From the NCBI GenBank assembly GCA_049515535.1, contig JBEKTZ010000003.1, positions 1 through 64,000 on the forward strand: a stretch of DNA of 64,000 nt, read 5' to 3'. This document shows, one piece after another, positions 8,054 through 17,086 of the stretch. The notes under the pieces are model-generated. The model was not told the origin of the DNA, did no database searches, and worked only from the letters and a program-made list of their open reading frames with translations. How positions within the stretch are numbered: the stretch's first letter is position 1; every line of letters begins with the position of its first letter. Made by a program: the position numbers and the translations under genes. This DNA comes from Candidatus Aminicenantales bacterium. GTDB taxonomy: Bacteria; Acidobacteriota; Aminicenantia; Aminicenantales; UBA4085.

Positions 8054-9235
8054 ATGGAACGTATGATATTTTTGGATAACGCCGCCACGTCCTTCCCAAA
8101 GCCCGAATCCGTCTACGTTTTCATGGACCAGTTCTACCGCCGGTCGGGCGTCAATCCGGGCCGTTCCGGTTATGACTTATGCATGGAGGCCGGAGAATTG
8201 TTGGACGGCACGCGGAAACTTTTAGCCCGCTTTTTCAACGGCTCGGATCCGAACAGGCTTTGCTTCACCTACAACGCCACGGATGCCCTCAATCTCATAA
8301 TTTTCGGGATCCTCAAAGAAGGGGATCATGCGATCACGACGACTCTGGAACACAACTCCGTGTTGAGGCCTTTGTATCATCTCTGGAAATACGGCGGCGT
8401 CGAGGTCGACTATGTTCCGTTTGACGCCGCGGGATTCGTCGATCCGGCGGAGATCGGCCGGCGCTTCCGGCAAAACACGCGGCTGGTCATTGTCAACCAC
8501 GGATCGAATGTCATCGGGACGGTCCAGCCGATCAGGGAGATCGGGCGTCGCTGCCGGGAACGCGGCATTCCATTCGCCGTCGACGCGTCCCAAACAGCCG
8601 GTAAAGTGGCTATCGATGTTAAAAACGATTTCGTCGATGTCCTGGCTTTTACAGGTCATAAATCCTTGCTGGGTCCGACGGGAATCGGAGGGCTGTATGT
8701 CGGCGAGGGAATCACCATCCGGCAGACCCGGGCCGGGGGAACGGGCGTCCGCTCAGCCGACCGGCTTCACCTTGAGGAATACCCGTACCGGCTGGAATAC
8801 GGTACTCCGAATATCCTGGGGGCGGCCGGCATAAACGCGGGCCTGACCTGGATTCAAGAGAGAGGAATGGCCTCTATCTCCGCTCATGAGATGAAACTTG
8901 CGGCCCAGCTGCGGGACGGGCTCAAGGAGATCGAACGGATTATCCTCTATTGCCAGGACGACCTCACGAACCACGTCTCCGTCCTGAGCTTCAATATCAG
9001 GGGCCTTGAAGCCTCGGACGTCGGGACGATGCTCGACGTCGATCACAACATCGCCTGCCGGACGGGGCTCCACTGCGCTCCCCTCATCCACGAACAACTG
9101 GGGACAACCAAGATCAAAGGCTCGGTGCGATTCGGCATCGGTCCTTTCAACACCGAGGACCATATCCGAACGGCGATCAAGGCCGTCGCTGAAATCGCCT
9201 CTCTCCCGAGCCGCATGCGTACAGCCGCTTCTTAA
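8054..9235 (+). CDS. Class V PLP enzyme, cysteine desulfurase family
   Basis: IFLDNAATSFPKP, EHNSVLRP, VDASQTAG, FTGHKSLLGPTG (PLP Lys), RTGLHCAP (catalytic Cys); start set at ATG 8054 after GAGGAG. Confidence 0.92.
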   Translation: MERMIFLDNAATSFPKPESVYVFMDQFYRRSGVNPGRSGYDLCMEAGELLDGTRKLLARFFNGSDPNRLCFTYNATDALNLIIFGILKEGDHAITTTLEHNSVLRPLYHLWKYGGVEVDYVPFDAAGFVDPAEIGRRFRQNTRLVIVNHGSNVIGTVQPIREIGRRCRERGIPFAVDASQTAGKVAIDVKNDFVDVLAFTGHKSLLGPTGIGGLYVGEGITIRQTRAGGTGVRSADRLHLEEYPYRLEYGTPNILGAAGINAGLTWIQERGMASISAHEMKLAAQLRDGLKEIERIILYCQDDLTNHVSVLSFNIRGLEASDVGTMLDVDHNIACRTGLHCAPLIHEQLGTTKIKGSVRFGIGPFNTEDHIRTAIKAVAEIASLPSRMRTAAS

Positions 9236-9338
9236 AGTTCTATGGAAAATGATTTCATGATGGATGAAAAGGGATGAAAACTCGCCCGACCGATGAGTTC
9301 TGAGGCCGGCATCCCCCGGTCGGCGCCGGCGCTCTTCC

Positions 9339-10691
9339 TCAGGCGGGTTTTTTTCTGTCCAAAACCAGCGCCTCCGCGGCCAGCTCGACGACGCTTTTGA
9401 TTTCAACGCCTAGCTTGTAATGCCTGTTGAGTTCCGCCAGCTGGTCCAGGCAATTGTGACAAGGCGAGGCGACAACCTTGGCTTTCGTCCTTTCGATCTG
9501 CCCGGCCTTGATCCGCCCGGCGCTCCGCCTGCGCGAGGTGAAATCGGTCATGGACAGCTGGCCGCCTCCGCCTCCGCAACAATAGTTCTCTTTCCGGTTC
9601 GGGGTCATCTCCACAAATTCTCTGACGGCATGTTGGAGAATGAAGCGTTGTTCCTCGCTTATTCCCCCCATGCGGACGAGCTGGCAAGGGTCGTGCAGGG
9701 TTACGGCCTTCGGATTTCGTTCCGGATCGAGCCGAATCCGGTCCGTCCGGACGTATTCCGCTACCACCTGGAGGACGCTCTTAACCGTATAGCCGAGCTT
9801 GCGGGAGAGCCATTCCGGGGCTTCCCACCGGTTGGACGCGAAACCGTGGCCGCATTCCGATAAAACCAGGGTCTTCGCCTCGAGTTCATCCATCGCGCGT
9901 TGCAGCCGCTCCACGATGAGTCCGGCCGCACTATCGTCCCCGGAGAAATAGGCATAGTTGGTCACGTCGAAAAAAGAGCTGGATAACGTCCAGTTTTCGC
10001 CGGCCGCATGAAAGACCTTGCCCGCCGCCGTGAGGGTCAGAGGATAAAACTTGGGCTCGCGGGGATTGACGATGTAGAGAAAGTTCGCGCCTTTCCGGTC
10101 CAAAGGGAGGCGGGCTTCCGGGTCTCCGGTTTCCGCTTGGAGCTCTTCTTCGAGCCAGGCGACCGTCTCGACCCATTCCTGCCGGGTAATTCCCATGTTA
10201 TTGCCGGTTTCCAACGCCGTTCGCACCGTCGAATCAAGGCCATCGGGAACGAGTCCCATCGAGGCCAAAACTCCCCGTCCTTTCCGGATCAAACCGGGGA
10301 TGTCAATTCCCATGGTGCAGTTCAGCGCACATCGGCCGCAGAGCGTGCACCTGCCGAAGAGGGAATCGATCCACTCCCGGGCTTCCGATTCGTCGAAATT
10401 TGCGGCTCCCGTCCATCCCGGCGCTCGGCGGCCGACCGCGCTGAAGTACCTTTTGAAAACGCGGATTACGAGGTTAAGTTTGTAAGCCGGGATCGATTTG
10501 AGTTCGTGGTTGTCGAGGAAATAATGGCATGAATCCGCGCAGAGCCCGCAGCGGACGCAGGATTCGAGATTAACGGCCGCCGGCGCGTCGATGGCGTCGG
10601 CCATCCGCCGGATGGCGGCTTTGTAGTCCGCGGGACCCAGGAGTTCGAGACGCTGTCCCAGGGGAGCGCTTTTGGCCGTTTTGTCGTCCAT
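9339..10691 (-). CDS. DsrK/TmcB/HdrD-like Fe-S heterodisulfide-reductase-type subunit
   Basis: Two CxxCxxCxxxC motifs (CVRCGLCADSC, CTLCGRCALNC) and CCG-domain motifs ECGHG, HDPC, CCGGGGG, PCHNC. Confidence 0.85.
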   Translation of the reverse strand: MDDKTAKSAPLGQRLELLGPADYKAAIRRMADAIDAPAAVNLESCVRCGLCADSCHYFLDNHELKSIPAYKLNLVIRVFKRYFSAVGRRAPGWTGAANFDESEAREWIDSLFGRCTLCGRCALNCTMGIDIPGLIRKGRGVLASMGLVPDGLDSTVRTALETGNNMGITRQEWVETVAWLEEELQAETGDPEARLPLDRKGANFLYIVNPREPKFYPLTLTAAGKVFHAAGENWTLSSSFFDVTNYAYFSGDDSAAGLIVERLQRAMDELEAKTLVLSECGHGFASNRWEAPEWLSRKLGYTVKSVLQVVAEYVRTDRIRLDPERNPKAVTLHDPCQLVRMGGISEEQRFILQHAVREFVEMTPNRKENYCCGGGGGQLSMTDFTSRRRSAGRIKAGQIERTKAKVVASPCHNCLDQLAELNRHYKLGVEIKSVVELAAEALVLDRKKPA

Positions 10692-10694
10692 GAT

Positions 10695-11321
10695 TCAACT
10701 CTCGACGCTGCGCGGAGGGAGGACTCCGCGCCGGCCGAAAAACAGGCCGAAGAAGATGCGGGAACAAAAGAAGAAGAAGCAATGGCGGATTTTGCCGACC
10801 GGAAGGTAAACGAACAAAAATATGGAATACGCGAACAAGAACGCGACGGCTTTGGCGTCGAAGGAAGCGGCCAAGGCCGTGCCAAGGAATATATCCACGA
10901 AGATATTGGCGCCGAAATCGTCCGGACGGCTGAGTCGCCTGGAGAGTGGTTTGGAGATTCGCTTGACGAGAAGACCAAGTCCGGAAATGAGGCCTAACGC
11001 CATAAAAATACGCGGAATGGCCACGAGAAACGAAGGGACGTCGACGGCGAAAACTTTAATGAACAGAAAGGCGAAACTGGCGAATATGCCGGCGTGGTAC
11101 GCCACTCCGCCCAGATACGTGGAGAGATGGAGTCGGGCGCTTTCTTTTTCCCAGGGCAGCAGGCCCTTCCCCAAGGCATAGACTACGCCCCGGCGAGCAC
11201 TTCCTTGGGGTTCGGCATAGGCGGGCTTTCGGCCGAATGAAAACGCCTTAAAAAGGAGATAGGCCAAGGCCGCCGCCGAATAGGAGGCGGCAAGAATGAC
11301 TCCCCATTTCAAGGCGGCCAT
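10695..11321 (-). CDS. DsrM/TmcC/NarI-like membrane subunit
   Basis: ~5 TM helices; YHAG, RRLSRPDDF and PVGKIRH motifs resemble the NarI/DsrM family; sits between dsrC-like and dsrK-like genes. Confidence 0.65.
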   Translation of the reverse strand: MAALKWGVILAASYSAAALAYLLFKAFSFGRKPAYAEPQGSARRGVVYALGKGLLPWEKESARLHLSTYLGGVAYHAGIFASFAFLFIKVFAVDVPSFLVAIPRIFMALGLISGLGLLVKRISKPLSRRLSRPDDFGANIFVDIFLGTALAASFDAKAVAFLFAYSIFLFVYLPVGKIRHCFFFFCSRIFFGLFFGRRGVLPPRSVES

Positions 11322-11333
11322 GACATGCGTCCG

Positions 11334-11654
11334 TTAAACGCAACCGTCGGGCTTGGGAAGTCCGGCCAACTTACATGCGCCTTTGGCCGGACCGGAGGGG
11401 AAAAGTTCATAGATCCGTTTCAGGGAGGATTGCGTCGCCTTACACAAGTTGCGCACCATCGGCGCATTGCCGTTCTCGAGATAATATTGACGGATGAAGT
11501 TGATGACGGTCCAATGCTCGTCCGTGAGGCTGTCGAGCCCTTCCTGGTCCTTGGCCAGAATTTCGGCCACGACCCGATCCCACGCTTCCGGATGGGCTAA
11601 AAAGCCTTCATCGTTGACTTCGATGATTCGGCCGGAGCTTGTGATTGTAGCCAT
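11334..11654 (-). CDS. dsrC: DsrC/TusE-family sulfur relay protein
   Basis: DEGFL, LTDEHW, LFPSGPAKGACKLAGLPKPDGCV with both C-terminal Cys (Cx10C). Confidence 0.9.
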   Translation of the reverse strand: MATITSSGRIIEVNDEGFLAHPEAWDRVVAEILAKDQEGLDSLTDEHWTVINFIRQYYLENGNAPMVRNLCKATQSSLKRIYELFPSGPAKGACKLAGLPKPDGCV

Positions 11655-11821
11655 GATCCTTCCTTTAATAAAAATAGGCGCTATTATAGCATGGATCGGG
11701 TTGAACCCATGTGTTTTTAAGCGAAAAACAGTCCTTGGCGTTCTTGCCTTTTCACCATGAATCCTAAAAAATTATTTATCGTATTTCTGGATCCAATTCA
11801 TTGACAGCGGATTTTTCGCGT

Positions 11822-11850
11822 TTGACATAACCATAATCCTATGTTAAAGT
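11822..11850 (+). promoter_or_regulatory. sigma70-type promoter of rplU operon
   Basis: TTGACA-17bp-TAAAGT with TG extension. Confidence 0.55.
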
Positions 11851-11885
11851 TGTGCACCTATTTTTTTCATCATTTTAAATAAGGC

Positions 11886-12452
11886 ATGAAAAACATGTTT
11901 GCTGTGATCAAAACAGGCGGAAAACAGTACGTGGTCAAGGAAGGCGACGTGCTGAGTGTCGAAAAGCTAAACGCCGAAGCCGGACAGAAATTGTTGTTCG
12001 ACCAGGTTCTTCTCCTCGAGGACGGGGAACAAACCTTGATCGGAACGCCGATTCTGGAGAAGGCCGTGGTCAAGGCCGAGGTGGTCAAGAATTACAAGAA
12101 CGACAAGATCCTCGTCTTCAAGAAAAAGCGGCGGAAACAATACCGGAGAACGCGGGGACACAGGCAGCCGTTGACCGAGATCAGGATCGAGAAGATTTAT
12201 CCCGATAAAACGGCCGTGCCCGCGGACGAGCTCAAAATCGAGATCGTCAAGAAGCTGGCCCTGGAAGCCGCGCCCGCGGCCGCGCCCGTCCAGAAAGCCA
12301 AGGCCCCGGCCAAAAAAGAGGTTCCAGCCGAAGCCAGGCCCAAAGCTAAAGTAACGCCGGCGGCCAAACCAAAAGCCCGGGCCGCCAAGGCTCCGGCCCA
12401 AACGAAACACGCGAAAAAACCCAAAACCAAAACGAAGAAAACGGCCAAATAA
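11886..12452 (+). CDS. rplU: 50S ribosomal protein L21 with Ala/Lys/Pro-rich C-terminal extension
   Basis: MFAVIKTGGKQY...FKKKRRKQYRRTRGHRQ; followed by rpmA. Confidence 0.97.
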   Translation: MKNMFAVIKTGGKQYVVKEGDVLSVEKLNAEAGQKLLFDQVLLLEDGEQTLIGTPILEKAVVKAEVVKNYKNDKILVFKKKRRKQYRRTRGHRQPLTEIRIEKIYPDKTAVPADELKIEIVKKLALEAAPAAAPVQKAKAPAKKEVPAEARPKAKVTPAAKPKARAAKAPAQTKHAKKPKTKTKKTAK

Positions 12453-12464
12453 AGGAGATCGAGA

Positions 12465-12716
12465 ATGGCTAAAAAAGCAGGCGGAAGTGCGCGGAACGGA
12501 AGGGACAGCCATTCCAAAAGACTGGGCGTCAAACAATACGGCGGCCAACTGGTGAAGGCGGGATCGATCCTGGTCCGCCAGAGAGGAACGCCGTTCAAAC
12601 CCGGACCCAACGTCGGAAAAGGGAAGGACGACACGCTCTATGCCAGAATCGCCGGCACTGTCCGGTTCGAAGACAAAGGCAGCCGGGGCAAGCTTGTCTC
12701 CGTTCTTCCGGCCTAA
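12465..12716 (+). CDS. rpmA: 50S ribosomal protein L27
   Basis: [23 protein letters not shown]...ILVRQRGT...GKDDTL. Confidence 0.98.
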   Translation: MAKKAGGSARNGRDSHSKRLGVKQYGGQLVKAGSILVRQRGTPFKPGPNVGKGKDDTLYARIAGTVRFEDKGSRGKLVSVLPA

Positions 12717-12815
12717 CGGAGGACCGAAACATCATCGCGACCTTTTCCCTCTTCCATCCGGACGGGCCAAAAATAAATGAATTGACGGGCGCGCGAGGAT
12801 CGGTCTTTTTCTAAC

Positions 12816-13841
12816 ATGTTCATTGATCAAGTCAAGGTCTTTCTTCAGGCGGGGAAAGGCGGCAACGGCTGCGTGAGTTTTCGCCGGGAGTACGGAGTGC
12901 CCAAAGGCGGGCCCGATGGCGGACACGGAGGGCGCGGCGGCGACATCTTTTTTATCGCGGACGAAAACCTGAGCTCGCTGTCGTATTTTCGCTTTCATCC
13001 CATCAACAAAGCCAAGAACGGGGCCGCCGGCGAGGGCGGCAACCGCTATGGAAAGCAGGGTGCCGACCTGGAACTTCTTGTTCCCGTGGGCACCGTCGTC
13101 AAGGACGCGAATACGGGGGAAGTCTTCGGTGACCTTCTCCGCCGCGGTCAGAAAATCAAGGCGGCCAAGGGCGGGAAAGGCGGTCGCGGAAACGCGTCCT
13201 TCGCCACCGCGACGCACCAGGTGCCGCGGGAGCACGAACCCGGCCGGCCCGGCGAGGAGAAAGAGCTCGTTCTCGAGCTGAAGCTCATCGCCGACGTCGG
13301 ACTCGTGGGATTCCCGAACGTCGGCAAATCCACCCTGATCTCGATGATCTCGGCGGCCAGGCCGGCGATAGCGGATTATCCGTTCACGACCCTCATCCCT
13401 CATCTGGGAGTCGTCGACGCCGGGGCCAGGAGCTTCATCGTCGCCGACATCCCCGGTCTCATCGAAGGGGCGCATGCCGGGCACGGATTGGGCGTCAATT
13501 TTCTCAAGCATATCGAGCGGACGAAAGTGCTGGTTCATATCCTCGACGTTTCGCCGTATTCGGGCCGAGACCCGGTCCGCGATTACGCGATCGTTATGAA
13601 GGAAATCGAAGCCTTCAAATCCGGAATGTCCAAGCGGCCCCAGCTCCTGGTCGCCAACAAGACCGACCTGCTCGGAGAGGATGAAAAGAGGCTTGCGGCC
13701 GTGAAAAAACTCGCCGCCGATGAGGGGCTCCCCTTTTTCGCCATTTCGGCGATCAAAAAAGAGGGACTGCAGAAGCTCGTGGCGGCCATGGCGGAAACGA
13801 TCGCGCGGATCAAGGATGAAAAGGCCGGGAGCCCGGAGTGA
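12816..13841 (+). CDS. obgE: GTPase ObgE/CgtA
   Basis: Gly-rich Obg fold, GFPNVGKST, YPFTT, DIPG, NKTD. Confidence 0.97.
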   Translation: MFIDQVKVFLQAGKGGNGCVSFRREYGVPKGGPDGGHGGRGGDIFFIADENLSSLSYFRFHPINKAKNGAAGEGGNRYGKQGADLELLVPVGTVVKDANTGEVFGDLLRRGQKIKAAKGGKGGRGNASFATATHQVPREHEPGRPGEEKELVLELKLIADVGLVGFPNVGKSTLISMISAARPAIADYPFTTLIPHLGVVDAGARSFIVADIPGLIEGAHAGHGLGVNFLKHIERTKVLVHILDVSPYSGRDPVRDYAIVMKEIEAFKSGMSKRPQLLVANKTDLLGEDEKRLAAVKKLAADEGLPFFAISAIKKEGLQKLVAAMAETIARIKDEKAGSPE

Positions 13842-14506
13842 GAACGAAGAAAGAACGCATCGGCATTTTCGGCGGGACGTTCAATCCGATCCATAACGGT
13901 CATATCCGCGCGGCGAACGCGGTCCAGAAAAGGTTTTCCCTTGACCGCGTCCTTTTCGTCCCCTCCTATGTTCCTCCGCACAAGGAAACGGACATGATCG
14001 CGTCGCCGGGCGATCGGATGAAAATGGTCGAGCTCGCCCTGCGCGGCCGCAAGCGTTTCGTCGCCAGCCCGATCGAGATGCGGGCCCGAGGAACGTCGTA
14101 TTCCATCCTGACCTTGAACAGGATCAAAAAGCTCCATCCGGATGCCTGGATCTTTTTCATCCTGGGCGTCGACGCGTTCCTCGACATCAAAACGTGGAAG
14201 GCCTGGAGGCGCGTGCTTGGGCAATGCCTTTTCATCGTCATGACCAGGCCAGGATTCCGTCTTCGCGACGCGAAGACGGCCCTTGGAAAACCGTTTGCGA
14301 GAAGAATTCTGGACATCCGGGGGCCGGCTCGGGTCCGCGAGGACCGGTTCTCCGAATTCGGCATTTTCCTCGTTCCGTTCGGCGCTCTCGACATCTCTTC
14401 CACCGAGATCCGCGAATGTCTTCGCGCCGGGAATCCCCTTGAGGGCCGGGTCCCTCGGGCCGTCGAAAAATATATCAAGGATCGCGGACTCTATGTGAGG
14501 AATTAG
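13838..14506 (+). CDS. nadD: Nicotinate-nucleotide adenylyltransferase
   Basis: GIFGGTFNPIHNGH, PPHK, ISSTEIR. Confidence 0.96.
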   Translation: MRTKKERIGIFGGTFNPIHNGHIRAANAVQKRFSLDRVLFVPSYVPPHKETDMIASPGDRMKMVELALRGRKRFVASPIEMRARGTSYSILTLNRIKKLHPDAWIFFILGVDAFLDIKTWKAWRRVLGQCLFIVMTRPGFRLRDAKTALGKPFARRILDIRGPARVREDRFSEFGIFLVPFGALDISSTEIRECLRAGNPLEGRVPRAVEKYIKDRGLYVRN

Positions 14507-14524
14507 GAAAAAACAGGGAGACTC

Positions 14525-14896
14525 ATGGACAGCCAAGAAGCCAAGAAAATCACCAAGCGCGGCCTTCCCTCCGACATCAAAACGGCGGTCAAGGCCGGGC
14601 AAGACAAAAAAGGGGAGGAGATCCTGGTCCTTGACCTGCGGGCCGTCTCGTCCTTCACGGATTTCTTCATCATCATGAACGGCAACTCCGGACGTCAGAA
14701 CGCCTCCCTCGCCGAGACGATCGCGCAGGATTTGAAAAAAAGCGGCGTCCGGCCGCTGGGGGTGGAAGGCGCGGCGCACGGAGAATGGGTTCTCATGGAT
14801 TACGGGAATTTCGTCGTCCATATCTTCTCCAAGCTGGCCCGGGATTATTACGCGCTCGAAAAGCTGTGGGGCGACGCTCCGAAGCTCGCCTATTGA
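14525..14896 (+). CDS. rsfS: Ribosome silencing factor
   Basis: DKKGEEI, WVLMDYG..VVHIF, YYALEKLW. Confidence 0.96.
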   Translation: MDSQEAKKITKRGLPSDIKTAVKAGQDKKGEEILVLDLRAVSSFTDFFIIMNGNSGRQNASLAETIAQDLKKSGVRPLGVEGAAHGEWVLMDYGNFVVHIFSKLARDYYALEKLWGDAPKLAY

Positions 14897-14919
14897 CGTC
14901 CGGGGTTTTTTCAGCCTCG

Positions 14920-15387
14920 ATGCGTATCAAAATCTTATGGCCGGGCAGGACGAAGAGCGCCGCGGTCCGGGAATTACAGGAGCATTATCTGAAACGGATC
15001 CGCGCCCTCGCGTCCTGCGAGATCATAGAGACCGCCGCGGCCCGCGGCCTGGAAGAGCGGCACGAAAAAAAAATATTGGAAATCGAGGCGCGGGGGCTTG
15101 AAAAACATTTCAAAGATGATTATATTGTCTGCCTCTTTGATGAAGGACGAGAGATGAGTTCCAAGGAATTTGCCGGATTTATGGAAAAATGCAGGACGGG
15201 TCCGTCCCGGACGGTCACCTTCGTCGTCGGCGGGTTTCTGGGCCTCGCCGAGCGAATCCTGGCCAGGGCCGACGTCCGGCTTTCTCTGTCGAAAATGACG
15301 TTCTCGCACGAATTGTGCCGCGCCGTTCTCATGGAACAGATCTACCGCTCCATATCCATTATGAAAGGAAGCCCGTATGCCAAATAA
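14920..15387 (+). CDS. rlmH: 23S rRNA pseudouridine1915 N3-methyltransferase
   Basis: FVVGG..GL, LSLSKMTFSHE, EQIYR; follows rsfS; start set at ATG 14920. Confidence 0.93.
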   Translation: MRIKILWPGRTKSAAVRELQEHYLKRIRALASCEIIETAAARGLEERHEKKILEIEARGLEKHFKDDYIVCLFDEGREMSSKEFAGFMEKCRTGPSRTVTFVVGGFLGLAERILARADVRLSLSKMTFSHELCRAVLMEQIYRSISIMKGSPYAK

Positions 15388-15751
15388 AGGGGGAAGCTTG
15401 AAGAAGAAAGAGATCGAAGAATACAAAAAGCGGCTGGTGACACGTCGGAACGAAATCGTCCGTAAGCTCTCCAATTTCCTCAACGGGAGCAAAGAGGTCG
15501 AGACCGATATCGCTCAGGATCTGGCCGACAAAGCCGAAAGCTCCTACACCAAGGAATTCCTCTTGAGCCTCTCCGACGCGGAGCGGGATCAGCTCCTTCA
15601 GATCGATGAAGCCCTCAAGCGGATCGAGAGGGGCGAGTTCGGCCATTGCCAGATTTGCCAGAAGGAAATCAGCAAAAAAAGACTGAACGCCCTCCCTTGG
15701 ACGTCGTTATGCATTGACTGCCAGGAAAAGGACGAGTCCGAAACGACTTGA
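15377..15751 (+). CDS. dksA: DksA/TraR C4-type zinc-finger protein
   Basis: DLADKA coiled-coil tip, ALKRIERGEFG, CQIC...RLNALP...CIDC; start may be TTG 15398. Confidence 0.85.
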   Translation: MPNKGGSLKKKEIEEYKKRLVTRRNEIVRKLSNFLNGSKEVETDIAQDLADKAESSYTKEFLLSLSDAERDQLLQIDEALKRIERGEFGHCQICQKEISKKRLNALPWTSLCIDCQEKDESETT

Positions 15752-16491
15752 AATTTCCTTTCATAACGTCCTTCGCGCGCGGCGCGAAGCTCTTCGAGCT
15801 CGCGTTCTTCCCCTCGTTCTGTAAAATTTGCGGGACGATCATGGACACGCCCGAGGAACGCGTGCTGTGCCAGCACTGCCTGAACAAGATCAGGCCTCAT
15901 CGCTCCTCCTTTTGTCCTTCCTGCGGCAGGTTTTTCGAAGGCGCCGGCGAGCCGCATCTCTGCGCCTCCTGTTTGAAAAAGAGCCCTCCGTTTTCCATTC
16001 ACAGGTCGTGTGCCAAGTATAGCGGCGAGCTCAAGGATGCCCTTCTTCTATTCAAATACCGGCGGTACAAGTCCCTGGGAACGAACCTGGGCCGTTTCGT
16101 CGCCGAAACGCTGAAAAAAGAGGATGGGATATGGTGGGGCGCCGACCTGATCACGCCGGTGCCGCTCCACCGGAGGAGATTGAAGGACCGGGGATTCAAT
16201 CAAGCCGCGGTTCTGGCTGAGGAAATTGCGCGGCTGAAAGGCGTTCCGCTCGTGAAAGGCGTCCTGAAGAAGATCAAGAACGTTCCGCCGCAGACCTCCA
16301 TGGAGCACGAGGAGAGGACGAGCAACGTCCGAGGCGCCTATCGGGCGGCGGCCGCGGATAAAATCCAGGGGAAAGTCGTTTTGCTCGTGGATGACGTCTA
16401 CACGACGGGGTCGACGCTCAGGGAATGCGCATCGGTTCTGAAAAAGGCCGGGGCCAAAGACGTCCGGGCCGTCACTGTCGCCCAAGCGTAG
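15748..16491 (+). CDS. comF: ComF-family protein (double Zn ribbon + PRTase)
   Basis: Four CxxC pairs, PVPLH, RGFNQA, LLVDDVYTTGST. Confidence 0.92.
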   Translation: MKFPFITSFARGAKLFELAFFPSFCKICGTIMDTPEERVLCQHCLNKIRPHRSSFCPSCGRFFEGAGEPHLCASCLKKSPPFSIHRSCAKYSGELKDALLLFKYRRYKSLGTNLGRFVAETLKKEDGIWWGADLITPVPLHRRRLKDRGFNQAAVLAEEIARLKGVPLVKGVLKKIKNVPPQTSMEHEERTSNVRGAYRAAAADKIQGKVVLLVDDVYTTGSTLRECASVLKKAGAKDVRAVTVAQA

Positions 16492-16526
16492 CTTTGGTCG
16501 AGGATCCCGCCGCCGGAATTTCGCGC

Positions 16527-16997
16527 TTACTTCTTGGCTTTTTCCAGCGTCGCGGGTTTGAGGATCTTTACCTTTCGGGGTTTCAGTTCCTGGCGTTTGG
16601 CCATCGTGATCTTCAACACTCCGTTTTCGTGCTCGGCCTGGATCTTGTCCGGATCAATGGAATTCGGCAGCGTAAAGGCCCTGTAGAATGAGCCGTAAGA
16701 ACGCTCGATGCGATGGTAGTTCTCTTCTTTGGTCTCCTTCTCGAACTTTCTTTCGCCTTTTAACGTCAAGGTGTTATCTTCAATCTTGATCTCGATGTCT
16801 TTTTCATCGATGCCGGGGACCTCCACCGTCATCATCAGTTCGCTCTCCGTCTCGAAAATATCCACTGCCGGCGCCCATGTGCTGGCCGATAGTTCCTTAT
16901 CCTCGCTCCGTCCCGCAAAGACGTCTTCGAACATTCGGTTCATTTTCTCTCGCAGGGTCACCATATCTCTAAAGGGGTCCCATCTGATAATAGCCAT
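16527..16997 (-). CDS. Hsp20/alpha-crystallin small heat-shock protein
   Basis: WAPAVDIFET, ERSYGSFYRAFTLP, NGVLKI. Confidence 0.95.
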   Translation of the reverse strand: MAIIRWDPFRDMVTLREKMNRMFEDVFAGRSEDKELSASTWAPAVDIFETESELMMTVEVPGIDEKDIEIKIEDNTLTLKGERKFEKETKEENYHRIERSYGSFYRAFTLPNSIDPDKIQAEHENGVLKITMAKRQELKPRKVKILKPATLEKAKK

Positions 16998-17043
16998 TAT
17001 ACAACCTCCTTAAAACGGACCTTATTCCTTAAATAAGATAATA

Positions 17044-17064
17044 TATGAGCGTGTTATTGTCAAG
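17044..17064 (-). promoter_or_regulatory. HAIR-like (HspR) site overlapping the hsp20 -35 box
   Basis: TATGAGC-N7-TGTCAAG resembles CTTGAGT-N7-ACTCAAG; contains minus-strand TTGACA. Confidence 0.4.
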
Positions 17065-17086
17065 TAATATTAATAAATTATTTTAA

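Noticed and set aside
9339..11654. Proof of dissimilatory sulfate/sulfite reduction
   Set aside because: dsrAB, aprAB and sat are not in the window; DsrC/M/K-like genes alone are insufficient.
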